Shown here one piece after another: positions 13,429 through 26,832 of a stretch of DNA of 64,000 bases. The number at the start of each line of letters is the position of its first letter. Positions within the stretch are counted from its first letter, which is position 1. The stretch spans positions 36,086,001 through 36,150,000 of the forward strand of contig NC_087251.1 in NCBI RefSeq assembly GCF_037042905.1, given 5' to 3'. A model generated the notes under the pieces. It did no database searches. It was not told the origin of the DNA and was given only the letters and a program-made list of their open reading frames with translations. The translations under genes were made by a program, and so were the position numbers. The DNA comes from Lytechinus pictus (Eukaryota).

Positions 13429-15277
13429 AGATCATAGGCTAGGGACCATGTAGACACAAAAAGACTTATTATTCCTCCATAATTAATAGAACCCATCCGT
13501 AGTTTGCTCTCAAATCTAACCCTTTCTCCACAATCCCAGGTCAATTCTACTCGCAATTCCAAGAATTAGTCGTAAAAGCTCTTGAATGTTAACCTGTAAT
13601 CATTTTCAAATTTGACTATCTTGGGGGCCCACATTCTCGATGCCAGTCATGACCTTTACAAAATAACCTGATGATATTTTTATGCAAGATCTGACCTTTT
13701 CAGTGTCATGATGTCAGATCCATCGAATGTGAAGTATTTGTTTGTTGTGCCCGTGCTAATATTAGTATTGAATGGAAAAAGAAGATAGAAGGTTGAAAGC
13801 AGATACTTTTGAAGATTATTTTTGTGGTCCGTTTAAAGGTGGCAGATACATTTGCAATGCAAGTTCTTCTAGGCTGTGAATTGCAAGGTCACAATTTTGA
13901 ATAGCTAACGTGGTATTCACTTATGGGACTGAATAGAATGGGGTGTAAATGAAGTCCTCTGGAGTGCAGCATTCCTGTCTCAGCGGATGGCCTGTAGGCA
14001 TCCGAACACAAAAGCCTAGGTGTAAAGAGACATCCCTGTAAGACTTCATGCTCCCCCCCTCCCCTCCCCTGCGAGGAAATGGAGGACAATAATAGGATCT
14101 GGGCTGGATGTCGGGCTGTCTGTGAAGAAAGAGATTCCAAAGCAGTAGGGGTAGGAGGATGAGAGACTGTTTGGGTTTAGAGCCAGGAGCTGAGTCGGTA
14201 AAGCCCCTCTTTTCAACGGGCACCACTGTTGACGAGTGAGAGGACTATGCTCCCTCGGTGCGCTCTGGTATCGAGGTGTGCACACCCTCTTCGCTTTACC
14301 CGTACTAAACGGTTCCTAAGAAGGTGGAAAGAAAAATTTGACAGGAAGTCGTGAGTGGGGATAGCATGGGGACTTAACGCTAGAGATTCCTGGGTGTCGC
14401 ACAGAAAGACATCTCAAGCAAAAAAAAAGAAAAAACATTAAAAAGGGGTTGGTGTGGGTTGGCTGTACTTTGTGACGGGGCAGGAGCACTTTGTGTAACA
14501 GCCAGAGTACTTTTGGCGGCCATTACTCCCCAACAGACTGTACTTTCCTCCAGTCATGAACTCAACTGGGCACTTTCTTTGTTGCCTGCTTAAACTAGCA
14601 TGGAGAAGCAGAGATATTACCTGAGGCGCTGAACCAGGTCAACCATGCCCCCAGTCCTTTGTCCCCCCAGCCCTCCAGACACACAAAAAAGAGGAAAACC
14701 CCAAGGTGAAAAAACCGATAAGTCCTATTGTCAGTCAAATGCACCCCTGTAAACTCCCAAACAAATTCCCCATTCAGCATCCTTCATCTATAGTGCACAC
14801 ACAGAGAGATAACATGTATACAAACAAGCTCTCTCTCTCTCTGCATATCTAGTGCGCAACCATGCGTGTAACACGGCTTTTCACACCTGAAGTGGGGCTA
14901 TTTTTGTTCGTAAATCCCCTCTTGAAAGGCACCCTTTCAAGCGAGGATCAGACGCAAATATTTGGACACGTTTCCAATATCTCTCTCAGTACGTGGTTTG
15001 CCTGTAATTCCACTGCATCAGTCACCTCGTTCTCACCTTCTCTTAGATATATAGGGTAGCCTCATCACCACCCCCCTCCCACTACGTCCTCCTACCATCT
15101 CTCTCTCTTTCTCCTCTTTCTTGTGGTCCCCATCCACACTCAATGACCTCACCCCAACCCCCCTCCGTATACTCCTCATCCTCCGGCAGCAACCCTTGAT
15201 ATTTTGTTAGTATCTTTAGAGAATCCTCTCCAACAATTATGTCCTACTTACTGCCTGCCTCTGAAATAGACAGATCA

Positions 15278-15768
15278 GGTCGTATTCAGATCGACTTGAT
15301 CACCAAAATACCTGTAATATTACAAGAAGCTTGTTCAGGCTAAAACATATACTCAACAATTATTTCCCGCATTCACAACGACCCAAACCAGACCCTTTTG
15401 GGGGTAAGTTCTCAAAGCTATGCACGGTATTGTCTGATTAGCAAAAGCAGGACAGGTGCGTTATTCAAAATTGCCAGCTCACCAGCCCATGGCGCTCACA
15501 CCCAAATGCTTCCTTGGTTAGGAAAGTTCTCGTAATTTGCTTTAACTTTGCAAGAATACCTGCCACTTTGGAAAAATTCCTGCAATAGTGCTCGTAATTT
15601 CAACAGGTATTTTCTTTTGGAATTATTACAAGTAATTTTCTTTCACACTTCAAATTTTCAAAATATTTACAAAAATACCTTTGTATTTTGATCTGGGCAG
15701 ATCAGGGTGAATTTCCTGATTAGAGAATACTCGGTATTCTCGAACTTTGAGACGGTCAGAATACGCTT
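15278..15768 (-). mobile_element. Diverged inverted copy of the 39100-40000 MITE family
   Basis: Reverse-complement similarity, e.g. GCCAGCTCACCAGCCCATGGCGCTC vs GGCACCGTGGGTGGCTGCTGAGCTAG. TIR remnants CGTATTCAGA / TCAGAATACG. Confidence 0.65.
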
Positions 15769-16458
15769 GTAGTATAGCGCATTCCCCTTCCTTCTTCTCT
15801 CTCTGCTCCAACAAAGCCCCCTGATGACCCTATTCTCGGGTCATGCCCTTATCAGGTGAAGTCTTCTAGAATAAGAGGTGTCACCCTGGGAGGGGGTATA
15901 ACTAGATTAACTTCATCTACAAGCACAACTTGTATCCTAAATTTACTCCTCTCTTTCTGCTCACCTGCAAAAGAAATCTAATAATGATCTCCGATGTCAG
16001 TGTCCAGCCTACAGGCCATCTATTCTCATTTAAGGAACCCCTTTTTTCTCATACCATGATAAACCAAAAATTTACCAGGTCACAAACACTATCAGACACA
16101 AATGTCATAACTTTGGTTGAACTGAATATTTACTTCATCTGAGAAGATTGTTGTGCCTGTATAAATAACAAACAACATGTTTGCCAGAAATTCTCTTTAT
16201 GACATCATAGATTGAGATTTATATTCCGGTCAGTAATATAATTTGAGGATTTGAGGAGATTTTTTGCTCACTTGCTTTGCTCGCTTACAGCTATTTATAA
16301 ATTTTGTCCAATATTCCATGTCTACCTCCCTCAATATTTTTTAACTAATTATGTTACTGGCTTGGTTATTTTCATAAGTAGGCGAGACACAAAATCGCTT
16401 ATGCCTTGTTTAACTAATTATGTTACTGGCTTAAACCAGAATATTCCAGAATTCAAGC

Positions 16459-17059
16459 TTAAAGGTCAAGTCCACCCCAGAGAAATGTCTATTTGAATAA
16501 ATAGAGAAAAATCAAACTAGCACAACACTGAAAATTTCATCAAAATCGGATGTAAAATAAGAAAGTTATGACATTTTAAAGTTTCGATTATTTTTCACAA
16601 AACGGTGATATGTACAACTCAAATGAGATAGTCCATGATGTCCCTCACTCACTATTTCTTTTGTTTTTTATTGTTTGAATTATACAATATTTCATTTTTT
16701 ACAAATTTGACAATAAGGACCAACTTGACTGAACCATATAGTATTAAACAATGCTAATTCCTTGTGTTCAGGGAGGAATTAATCATTGTTTTACTTGGCA
16801 ATGAGGAGAAAATTAGAATATTTCATATTTCATATAATAAAATACAAAAGAAAAAGTGAGTGGATGACGACATCAGTCTCCTCATTTGCATACAGACCAG
16901 GATGTGCACATAACTGTTTTGTGAAATTAAGCAAAACTTTAAAATGTCATAACTTTCTTATTTTACATCCGATTTTGATGAAATTTTCAGTGTTATACAT
17001 GTTGGATTTTTCTCTTTTTATTCAAATAAACTTTTTGCTGGAGTGGACTTGTCCTTTAA
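16459..17059 (+). mobile_element. Kolobok-like MITE family A, copy 3
   Basis: TTAA|AGGTCAAGTCCAC...GTGGACTTGTCCT|TTAA, near-identical to copy 1. Confidence 0.9.
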
Positions 17060-17663
17060 ATTATTTAAACAATGAGAGTGCACCCTGTAGCAAAAGGATG
17101 TGAAACTTGAAAGCCGCTTTGAAAAGTCCACTGACTTACAAGCATACAGAGAATGCGATTTAATTTGTTGTAATAAAAATTATAATCACACATTTATTGT
17201 CAGAATGTGGAAATGTGCTAAGAGAGCATGTACCAGATCATGCCTGGACTAAGAAAGTCAAATGAAATGCAAGTTGAAACAATTATAAAATGCAACTCAA
17301 AATAGTTTTCACAGTAGGCCAATTATGCTATTCCAGCCTTGTGATAGAGGGAAAACATGTTCAGAATACAACCTCCTGTTTGTTACCACCCCCCCTCCCT
17401 AATTTTTTAAAGATTCTTCTGATAGAATGACATTTGATTTTGGCATCGTTATCATTATTGTTTTATATGGAGGACTCCGGGATAAGAATTCTTTCCCTTT
17501 ATGTTCTGATTTCTATGGATGTAAATCCGTAAAAAAAATTCTTCAACTCAATTTGGAGGGGGTGTAAAGTTCTTTTCACTCCATCGTCAAAGGGTGACTA
17601 TTTATCTTTACAGAGATATGTCATTATGCTAATGTAATCAGGGAATGCCCAGTCCTGATAAAT

Positions 17664-18323
17664 CGTCGGCGGTCATCCGAACCGTTGTATCACACATACG
17701 ACTGTGCAAACCCATTTCAGAGAAAATCGACTTCAAAGTTTACTGTTATTTTCACACTTCGGTCCCCAGCCTTACAACATATTCATTGCTTGAAAAATAC
17801 ATCGTTGGAAAGACCAAGAAAAGTGCTTGACATTGGTATCTTTATTTTTACACAAAACTTAGAATCCGAGAAAATATCGCAAAGAGCTACATCCTTGTAA
17901 TTTCGGTTTGAGCGGTTTAGATTTTCCCTGTACAAAAATGTGATAGGGAATACAACTACCCTGACGGCGATTTCAATGCGTGCGGTCAGTCAAAATGTCG
18001 TATCGCTTTTCACGTGCGAAGTCAATGCAGTTCCCAGTGCCGATATGACGGTTTGGCTGACTGCGCGCATTGAAATCGCGGTCAGTCAAAACGTCATATC
18101 GCTCTGTTACAGTACACGTTTCCAATGGGATTTGCCCACTTTATTAAAAATTTGTATGGCATCGCCATGAAAATCCTCTCATATCTGCGAAAATAAAATA
18201 AATGGCTGCCTAGAAATTTAGTTATGAATAGAGTAGGACTTGTATTTTCATTTTCTGCAAAAATCTAAAAATTGATTTTTTGACCAAAATTGACTGATAC
18301 GACGGTTCAGATGACTGCCGACG
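17664..18323. mobile_element. MITE with 4-bp AAAT TSD (Sola-like)
   Basis: TIRs CGTCGGCGGTCATCCGAACCGTTGTATCA / TGATACGACGGTTCAGATGACTGCCGACG, flanked by AAAT on both sides. Superfamily inferred from the TSD only. Confidence 0.8.
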
Positions 18324-18605
18324 AAATATGCAGCAATGTCAAAACTCAAATGCTGCTATATTTGTTGTTTTGAATAGGTAGAATGGTGTTGAAGCCCCAA
18401 TGTGTGAGAGTCGGCGCATGATGTAATCTCATTTGCATAATGGATTGAATGTGTTTAGAACAATTCTGAACCCAATCATTTTGTTAAACAAGTTTGAGAT
18501 GGATTGTTTGTTAAACATTTTTTTTTAATTAAAGCTTTCACCTCAGGCAAATACTAAATCATGTGGGCAAACTTCAAACACATTGAAAGTAAATCAGACT
18601 TGAGT

Positions 18606-19005
18606 TTGAAGATGAATACCAGTTGTGGTAACGATCTCAAAATAAGTTCAAACAGAATCCAAGAAAATGACCACCTAAGTGCTTGTATGTATAAATACAA
18701 AAATATGTGCCAAATCGCACTGGAAAAAAGTATAATTGCAGAGAAATGAGCAAAATAAGCACGGAATTCCATAAAATGTTGGTTATTTTTCCAAGCAATG
18801 TTATTACACTGTCCCACATATGACTTTTTGTGTTAGATATCATCAGCATTATCGGTTTTTAGCTAAGATTTTATGATTTCACAAAGATAAGTTCATTTCA
18901 ATGTACCAGATCTAGATATATGATAATATGGTGGTAATTAACCTTGATTTTAAAGGCTTTCTCATGAAATAATTGTTTGCTGCACTTACTTTCTTTTACC
19001 TTTAA
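18606..19005 (-). mobile_element. Kolobok-like family B (inverted)
   Basis: Reverse complement of 21820-22222, ending TTTTACCT|TTAA. Confidence 0.82.
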
Positions 19006-19406
19006 TAGACAACAATGCATTTTGCAGTATTTCATCTCTTGACTATGAACTTAATTCAGGCTTGCTGTGCATTCCATAATTATATAATCACCAGAGATGG
19101 CAATCATAATGAAGGAATAATGAAGCTTTCCAATGATTCCCAGTTTTAATTTCCCATAATTTATTAACAACAAAATATGTATCATCCCCAGTTGCAATAC
19201 TTTTTTAGGGGTTTATATTGGCAGTTCCATGACATTTCCACCGATGGAAAATCTGCATGTTAAATCAAACATAAAACCTTCCCTCCAAAACTATATAAAA
19301 CCTACGCCTTATCTTTATATTATTCTGAACCCAAAACTCTATTACAAATCTAACTATAATCCAATACGTTGTGTCACCATTTTGGCACCCTAATTTGTTT
19401 CAGTAA

Positions 19407-20157
19407 TATGCTTTTCACACCACCTTTTTTTCCTTTACCCCGGGAAATTTGTGGGGCTAAGGGGGGGGGTCTTAGCCCCACCAATTTCCCAGGGTTAAGC
19501 TTAGCCCACTTCGTTTTCACTCTACATTTTAGCAAAGTGGGCTAGCACGGTTAATAGTCAGTACTATCTGGCCCTGCAAAAAAGCAGGGTTAGCCGGCTT
19601 ATTGTGGTGCTAAGAGATGCAGTGTGAAACGAAACAGGGCTAAGCATTAGCCAATCACAGAAGTCGAAATTGCACGTTAATCGCCCTCTGTGTGGTAAAA
19701 TCATCAATATTCATGAGCTGTGTGATAGTCCGGTGTTAAGGCGTTAACTTTACTTTTAATTACATACGATAAAGATTACTACAAATTTATCCTAAGGGGC
19801 TTACAATTACAAGCTTCGCTTTTTAATAAGTCCCTCATTTTCATTTTCACATGCTAACTGTAATCTATAATTTGTCTAATCATCAAAATGTATCTTGAAC
19901 AAAAAATTGTATACATTTCATCTATTTCCTACGAATTTGTAAATTGATTATTGAAGTATTCTTATGACACTTATTCTGTTTTGTACATTTATACATATGT
20001 GTATATATGTTTGTTATGTTTATTATCAGAAAATGGAAGTGAAATAAACTAAACTGAAACTGAAACTGAAACCCCGGCTAAGCAATTGGGTTAAGAAAGA
20101 CAGTGTGATGGGGTTAAGGATAGTATTGGGTTAAGGAAATGCAGTGTGAAAAGCATA
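19407..20157. mobile_element. PIF/Harbinger-like MITE containing a nested LINE 3' end
   Basis: TAA|TATGCTTTTCACAC...GTGTGAAAAGCATA|TAA, with internal GGGCTAAG/GGGTTAAG repeats interrupted at about 19741-20070. Confidence 0.82.
19741..20070 (+). mobile_element. LINE 3' UTR fragment with (CTGAAA)n tail
   Basis: AT-rich insert ending GAAATAAAACTAAACTGAAACTGAAACTGAAA. Short tandem tails are typical of CR1/L2-group LINEs. Confidence 0.6.
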
Positions 20158-21819
20158 TAAATATGGTTATTACTTGATTTTGCTGTTGCTGGGAAATGGT
20201 AGTTCCATAGTAGTTCATCAATTTTTGCCAGAGGTATGTCAATGATGAGAGTAAACTAAATATACTTTAACTGTAGAGGGCACTTTATCTCCTGGATGAA
20301 TCAAAATTTGAACACAAGTTCAGTATAGATGGATATAAAGGTCTCATAACCCATACAAGATCTGTAGGTGGTTGTAGTCCCATTATATTGCATCATTAAA
20401 TCACTAAAATTATAATTCATACTATAGTTACAAACTTAATTGAATGTGCTGGTAGTTTATTCCATCTGATAGGGTAATGGCCGTGGAGGTGTTATTTGTA
20501 ACATAACACAGTTGTTATCACTGCTTTATTAATTATACGACCCCCATTCCATGAATATGAAAAATTTGTAACATCCGTTAAATGCAATATGATGGAAAGG
20601 TTTCATTATCTTCATAGGCCAAGGTGCCTATAACCAAGATCAAGTTTCAGTTCATTAACAAATATTATATCATATACAACCTCATGTGATCTGTGTCGGG
20701 GCTTATATATATATTTTTTTTTTTTTACATATCTCATATCTCAGGAAATATCATTGGTAATTAGATCCCATTAAAAAGTGCATGTGCATCATCAAAGTAC
20801 AGATTGAATGTTGATGTACTGTAATCAGAGTCAAGTACTTTTTGTTTGTTGAATAATGGAATGATTTGTTTGTGTGTGTGTGTGTGGTTTTGAAACTCCC
20901 TGGTACTACTTGACCTATTTTTGCTTCCCTTTTTCGGCCAGGATTATGATTTATTTTTCTTGAACAGGAAGATAGCCTGGAAATCAAAGAATGAGATTAG
21001 AATTTAAGGGTTGATTACCTTTAGAAAGTAGTCCAGCAACAATAGATGTACATGTACTTAAAAGTGCAGTCCCTATTTCACACATACTAATTCTAGAATT
21101 ATCTTGTGAGCATATATCCTGTACTAAATATTCACTTCCCCCTATTCTCACAGTGGTTGAGTCTACTCGTAACTTGTAATGTGCGCAAGCAGACCGCTCC
21201 ATGTGGAAATACGGGGATGGAATGTTGTTTTGCTTCATGTCAACGTAAAGTCTTGTCTCCTTTTAACATAAAAGAAATATATTGTGTCAAGAAATATATT
21301 GTCAATTGGAGAAGAGGAAATTGGCAATTATTATCATAACTTCTTGGGCCTCTTTCATAATTGCTGTCAGATCGGTATGTAGAACCCTGTTGAGTCGATC
21401 AGGGAATAGGCAGATATCAAGTTGAAACGATTTTGTTATTTCAGAAAATTTTGAATAGATAATTGCCTCAGAGGAAACAAATTTGTGGATTGAAAGAAAG
21501 AAATGATCTGTGAAAATAACAAGCCCTGCCCTTTCAGCGTTTCAGATGAATTGTTAGAATACCAACTGTGGACTATTGTGGTGGATTTATAACCTATTTG
21601 ATCTTTAAGTATTAGCAAACTCGTATTGTTATCGCTATTTCTGCTTTTCCTTAATTCATATTTATTCATTTTCATTTGGAAGGGGCAACCTAACCCTTAT
21701 AGTCAATAATTTTTGGATTATTCCACTCTTGTTAGCGGTTTGCATTATAATTCTTTTGAAAAATCACTAAACAATCAGTAACATAACTTTTTTCTTCTTC
21801 TTGATGTGTAAATCTTACT

Positions 21820-22222
21820 TTAAAGGTAAAAGACAGTAGTTGCAGCAAACAAGTATTTCATGAGAAAGTCTTAAATCAAGGTTAATTGTCAAAATATTAT
21901 CATACATCTAGATCTAGTACATTGATGTAAACTTATATTTTTGTAAAATCATGAAATCGTAGCTCAAAATCGATAATTCTGAGGATCAATAACACAGAAA
22001 AGCATATGTGGGATAGTGCATTAATATTGCTTTAAAAAATACCTGACATTTAATAGAATTCTGTGCTTATTTTGCTAATTTCTCAGCAATTACACAATTT
22101 TCCCCCAAGCTATTCAGCAAATATTTTTTTTATTCATACATACAAATACTTTGGTGGTAATTTCATTGGATTCTGTTCTAACTCATTTTGAGATCGTTAC
22201 CACAACTGGTATTTATCTTTAA
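21820..22222 (+). mobile_element. Kolobok-like MITE family B, full copy
   Basis: TTAA|AGGTAAAAGACAGTAGTTGCAG...CCACAACTGGTATTTATCT|TTAA. Other copies start at 8541, 18606, 29176 and 42549. Confidence 0.85.
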
Positions 22223-23483
22223 TATGATAATTTCAAATAGGTATATTCTACAGTGGTATTGACAAAAAAAATTCTTGGTCATTTCATACAAAATTTGTTT
22301 CCATTCTATTTCAGTATTTCTTTACCTTACCCCCCCCCCCCCATTTTCATATCTCATGCTTAGGTGGCACTTTCAAGCTTCTGTAAGATTGTAATACCAA
22401 GTTCTGAGAAGGGAAACTTTTTATAATTGGTATTCAATGTATTCTCACATTAATTTGTAAGTTACTATAATGAGTTTGTAGGTTGTGAGTTATGCAGGAG
22501 AAAAGAAAACCATAAAGTCAGATATTAATACTCAAATCACTGTCATATATTTCATATGATCCTAGTTATATAAATAATCTAAACATAGATTTCTATATTT
22601 CATATATAACTCCACGATCTGAATATGGCTTATGTAATGAATCGTGATAGATGGATGGGTAACTATGTTCAATTTAATTGTCCTGTTGCAACCCGAACCT
22701 TCAGTGATGCATGAAAATCATGAGCAAGGGTTTATTAAACAAAACGTGCATGGGAGCACATAAACCCCAAAGTAGGTGTTCCATGCCTTCCCTGTATAAA
22801 CATCTTTGTCGGCACCGGTGTCGTACTGACCGAGTATCACATCCCACGTCTTACGGAGAAGGCGGATGTTGGTGTTTCTAGAGCGAAACTTGGCCCAAGA
22901 CAGATGGATTGCTCAGCAAATAAAGGTTAATGTTCAGCCAGCCCCTTGAACCGTGCCCTAGTTTCCAACTCTGAATACTCGACTCTATAATAAGGTAACC
23001 GTGTCCCTCCATCAGGAAAAGGCTGCTTACTCCTGTCAATGAAATGGTACTGCCTGACTTTGTATGCCCTTTATGTGTTGCACTTGGTGTAGTCCATTGC
23101 AGAAAGGGGTTATTTACCTATGTGACTGAGTGAGGGATGGTGTTTAAACTGGGTCAATACCGCGCTCCAGGATGTGTTCGTTAAGGGAGTGCTTATCTCT
23201 ACACAACTGTGATCCATCACACTTTATGTCAATAATTTCTGATTAACTTTTACGAATTAACATAGTCATTCATCTTTCAAGATCTCTTGAAAGTGGTTAT
23301 TAGCGTCTCTGCCGCGCTGTTGTCCGAAACTCTCTTGTTCACAAAGAATATAACCCTCCCTCAATTCAACATGGATCGTTCCCCAAGCTATTTCCTTGTC
23401 TCCTGTGGTAAAATATTTTTCAGAATTAGCTTATGAATATTTCATATAGTCATCACAATACAGGCACTTTATTTTGTTGATGG

Positions 23484-24486
23484 TTTTATTGTCTCACCTG
23501 CATAGCAGAGTGAGACTATAGGCGCCGCTTTTCCGACGGCGGCGGCGGCGGCGACGGCGACGGCGGCGGCGACGGCGGCGGCGACGGCGGCGGCGGCGTC
23601 AACACCAAATCTTAACCTGAGGTTAAGTTTTTGAAATGACAGCATAACTTAGAAAGTATATGGACCTAGTTCATGAAACTTGGCCATAAGGTTAATCAAG
23701 TATTACTGAACATCCTGCCTGAGTTTCATGTCACATGACCAAGGTCAAAGGTCATTTAGGGTCAATGAACTTAGACCATGTTGGGGGAATCAACATCAAA
23801 ATCTTAACCTAAGGTTAAGTTTTTGAAATGTCATCATAACTTAGAAAATATATGGACCTAGTTCATGAAACTTATACATAAGGTTAATCAAGTATCACTG
23901 AACATCCTGCTTGAGTTTCACATCACATGACCAAGGTCAAAGGTCATTTAGGGTCAATGAACTTTGGCCAAATTGGGGGTATCTGTTGAATTACCATCAT
24001 AACTTTTAAAGTTTATGGATCTGATTCATGAAACTTGGACATAATAGTAATCAAGTATTACTGAACATCCTGTGCAAGTTTCAGGTCACATGATCAAGGT
24101 CAAAGGTCATTTAGGGTCAATGAACTTTGGCCAAATTGGGGTATTTGTTGAATTACAGCCATAAATTTGAAAGTGTGTTGGTCTAGTTCATAAAACTTGG
24201 ACATAATAGTAATCAAGTATCACTGAACATCCTGTGCGAGTTTCAGGTCACATGATCAAGGTCAAAGGTCATGTAAGGTCAAAGAACTTTGGCCACGTTG
24301 GGGGTATTTGTTGAATTGCCATCATATCTCTATAAGTGTATTGGTCTAGTTCATAAAACGTGGAAATAAGAGTAACCAAGTATCACTGAACATCTTGTGC
24401 GAGTTATAGTAGTTTTCAAAATCAGCACTGCTGCTATATTGAATCGCGTGATGCAGGTGAGACGGCCAGAGGCATTCCACTTGTTT
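23484..24486 (+). mobile_element. Helentron-associated (HINE/DINE-1/pearl-like) element with internal satellite array
   Basis: Subterminal inverted repeats GTCTCACCTGCA (23491) / TGCAGGTGAGAC (24452). A (GGC/GAC)n microsatellite at about 23535-23598 is followed by 4-5 tandem units of about 162-192 bp (CAAGGTCAAAGGTCATTTAGGGTCAATGAACTT). T-rich ends. Confidence 0.8.
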
Positions 24487-25428
24487 AAAAAAATATTGTT
24501 ATGAAAAAAATTAACTTAATACTGGCTTGGTAGTCCATGAGGTTGACACCGCATTTCTAAAAGAGGTATTCTTATGAAGTCTTTAATTAACTGTTAAAGG
24601 GGAGCAAGCAAACTGTGTGTTGTGTCTCATTGACTGTGTGTTATAAATGGTTATACTTAAAATATACCTATTGAAATGACTATAGTAATACAGATGATGA
24701 ATTAGCCTATAATTTTATTCGTGGATAAATAAACCAAACTTATAATGAGAGGAATGGTAAATGTATTACTTTTTTATATCAATGTGTTACCATTCAAGTG
24801 GGTTTATGTTACAAGACTACTCTGCTCAGAATGATGCATTCTTGGTAATGAACCTGGCCAGATATGAGTAGTTGAGGACTTGTGAGGGGTCTATTAATGC
24901 TGCTGGTTCGTTTGCCCTTTAAATATTGGCGACTGTAGAAAAATTAGACGGAAATTGAGCAACCACTAGCCCACAGTGATGGGTGGATTGGGGGAAATGT
25001 AAAATATAGTAATGATAGTTATCATACTGATGACAAGTAAATACATAGTTGATTAAAAATAAAAATAAATTAATTTTAATGTATAAAAATAATTAAAAAT
25101 GAAATAGATAATAAGTAGAAATAAGATAATGGTGATGATATTATTTATATTATGTAATATAAAATATATGAACATAAATTTATATTTTTTTTAATATCAC
25201 CATTTCTACTTTGATGAGAATGCTCAAGGTCCTCTATCAAAGAAGACAAAGAGAGAAAACGAGAGATAGTGGGAGAGCTGTTATTTAAATGCACATGAAT
25301 AAATGAATTAATAAAAGATCCAAAAATATTCATAGATTAATTATTAAATTGTTTTTTTTTTGTGAAATCCATGTATTGTAGGCCTATGTCTTTGATATTT
25401 TTTTTATTTTCATCAAATTTCCTTCATT

Positions 25429-26309
25429 GGGTCATTCCATGCCAATTCACCCAATGAATGTGCAATTTTGCACCTGACCCTCTCGGAATTCGTTGTAAAT
25501 TGGTACACATAAAATTCACCATGGCCAAAGCACAAAACAAAAAAAAATAGTCCAATTGGTCCGTCGGTTCTCGCGCTACGGCCCGCCCTTTTCTCCTTGT
25601 TTTGACAAAAATGGGCGTGACCCTCAACTTTCAATGGCCACTGCGTCGTAACGTAATGACCAATTTTCATGAAACAGGTACCATTTATTAGGAAATTCAG
25701 AGAGGAATCCAAAACATGCATCAAATAATGTATTGGAGCAATTTTTAAGGTCGTGACCTTTGACCTATACTTCGACCTTGAGTTTGACCCCCGGACAAAT
25801 AATTTTTTAACTTGATTTTCATGTATGTTAATTATTAGTATGATATTGACAAAATATGTTAAAATCAATGATGATATTTTATTTCTTCACCTTTTAAAAC
25901 TCTTCCAAAGATACCATGAAATTTCACTCTAGTCCTACATACTGATATTCATGTTAGTAAAGTGTTAACCATTTACATGATTTCTTCCAATCTTAAGTTA
26001 CAGTATGCATGCACATGAAAAGAAATTAAGCTCATCAGTTCACAAATGAAACATTAAACATTTATGCTCATGAATAGGTATCTGTTTAGGCAATTTGATG
26101 TTCAGCAATATATGTCATATATATACATATATATATATATATTCTTGTTAATAAAGTGTTTACTTTTATCATCAAATTGTTGAGTATATGCCTATTTACT
26201 AATTTTTTTGTTTTGTGCGTGGGCCATGGTGAATTTTATGTGTACCAATTTACAACAAATTCTGAGACGGTCGGGTGCAACCACTGGGTGAATCCAGATG
26301 GAATGACCC
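25429..26309. mobile_element. MITE with ~110-bp TIRs and 4-bp CATT TSD (Sola-like)
   Basis: CATT|GGGTCATTCCAT...ATGGAATGACCC|CATT, with inner GTAAATTGGTACACATAAAATTCACCATGGCC matched by its reverse complement. Confidence 0.85.
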
Positions 26310-26832
26310 CATTATATCTGGCTAGGCTTTTTTATTTTCCAACCAACAGTGATATACACAACACAGGCCTATGAAACAGGAAGTCAATTATACTACACAC
26401 TCAATATTTCTTTTTTATTTATCATTAAATATTAAGATAAAATATATGATATTTCATCATATGAAATCTTATGAAATATTTCGATATTTCCACTGTTGAA
26501 TATTAAATTCTTCCTGGAACCTTTACCTTATCTCACGATTCAAAGGAGAGTTTTTTATTTTAAATGTGAAACAAACAAAAATGTTTTTCTATGGGTGGGT
26601 TGCTATGTCAGTTTGCGAATCATTTTTATTATTATTACATGGAATTTACTTGGGGATTTAAGTTAGAATTAATCTTTAAAATATGAATGGAACTGAATTA
26701 GTCAATGTAAGCACGTTTGGTGTAGTGTGAACATGGTCTTTCAATAGGCCATCGGATAGATATTGTTCAGTAATAGAAGTACTCCTCTTTTTGGGAAACT
26801 GAGTACCATGGCATCAAATGTCATCAGTTCAT

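Noticed and set aside
15820..15856. CTGATGA plus hairpin as a hammerhead ribozyme (also CTGATGAG at about 4257)
   Set aside because: The required GAAA after stem II, and stems I and III, are absent.
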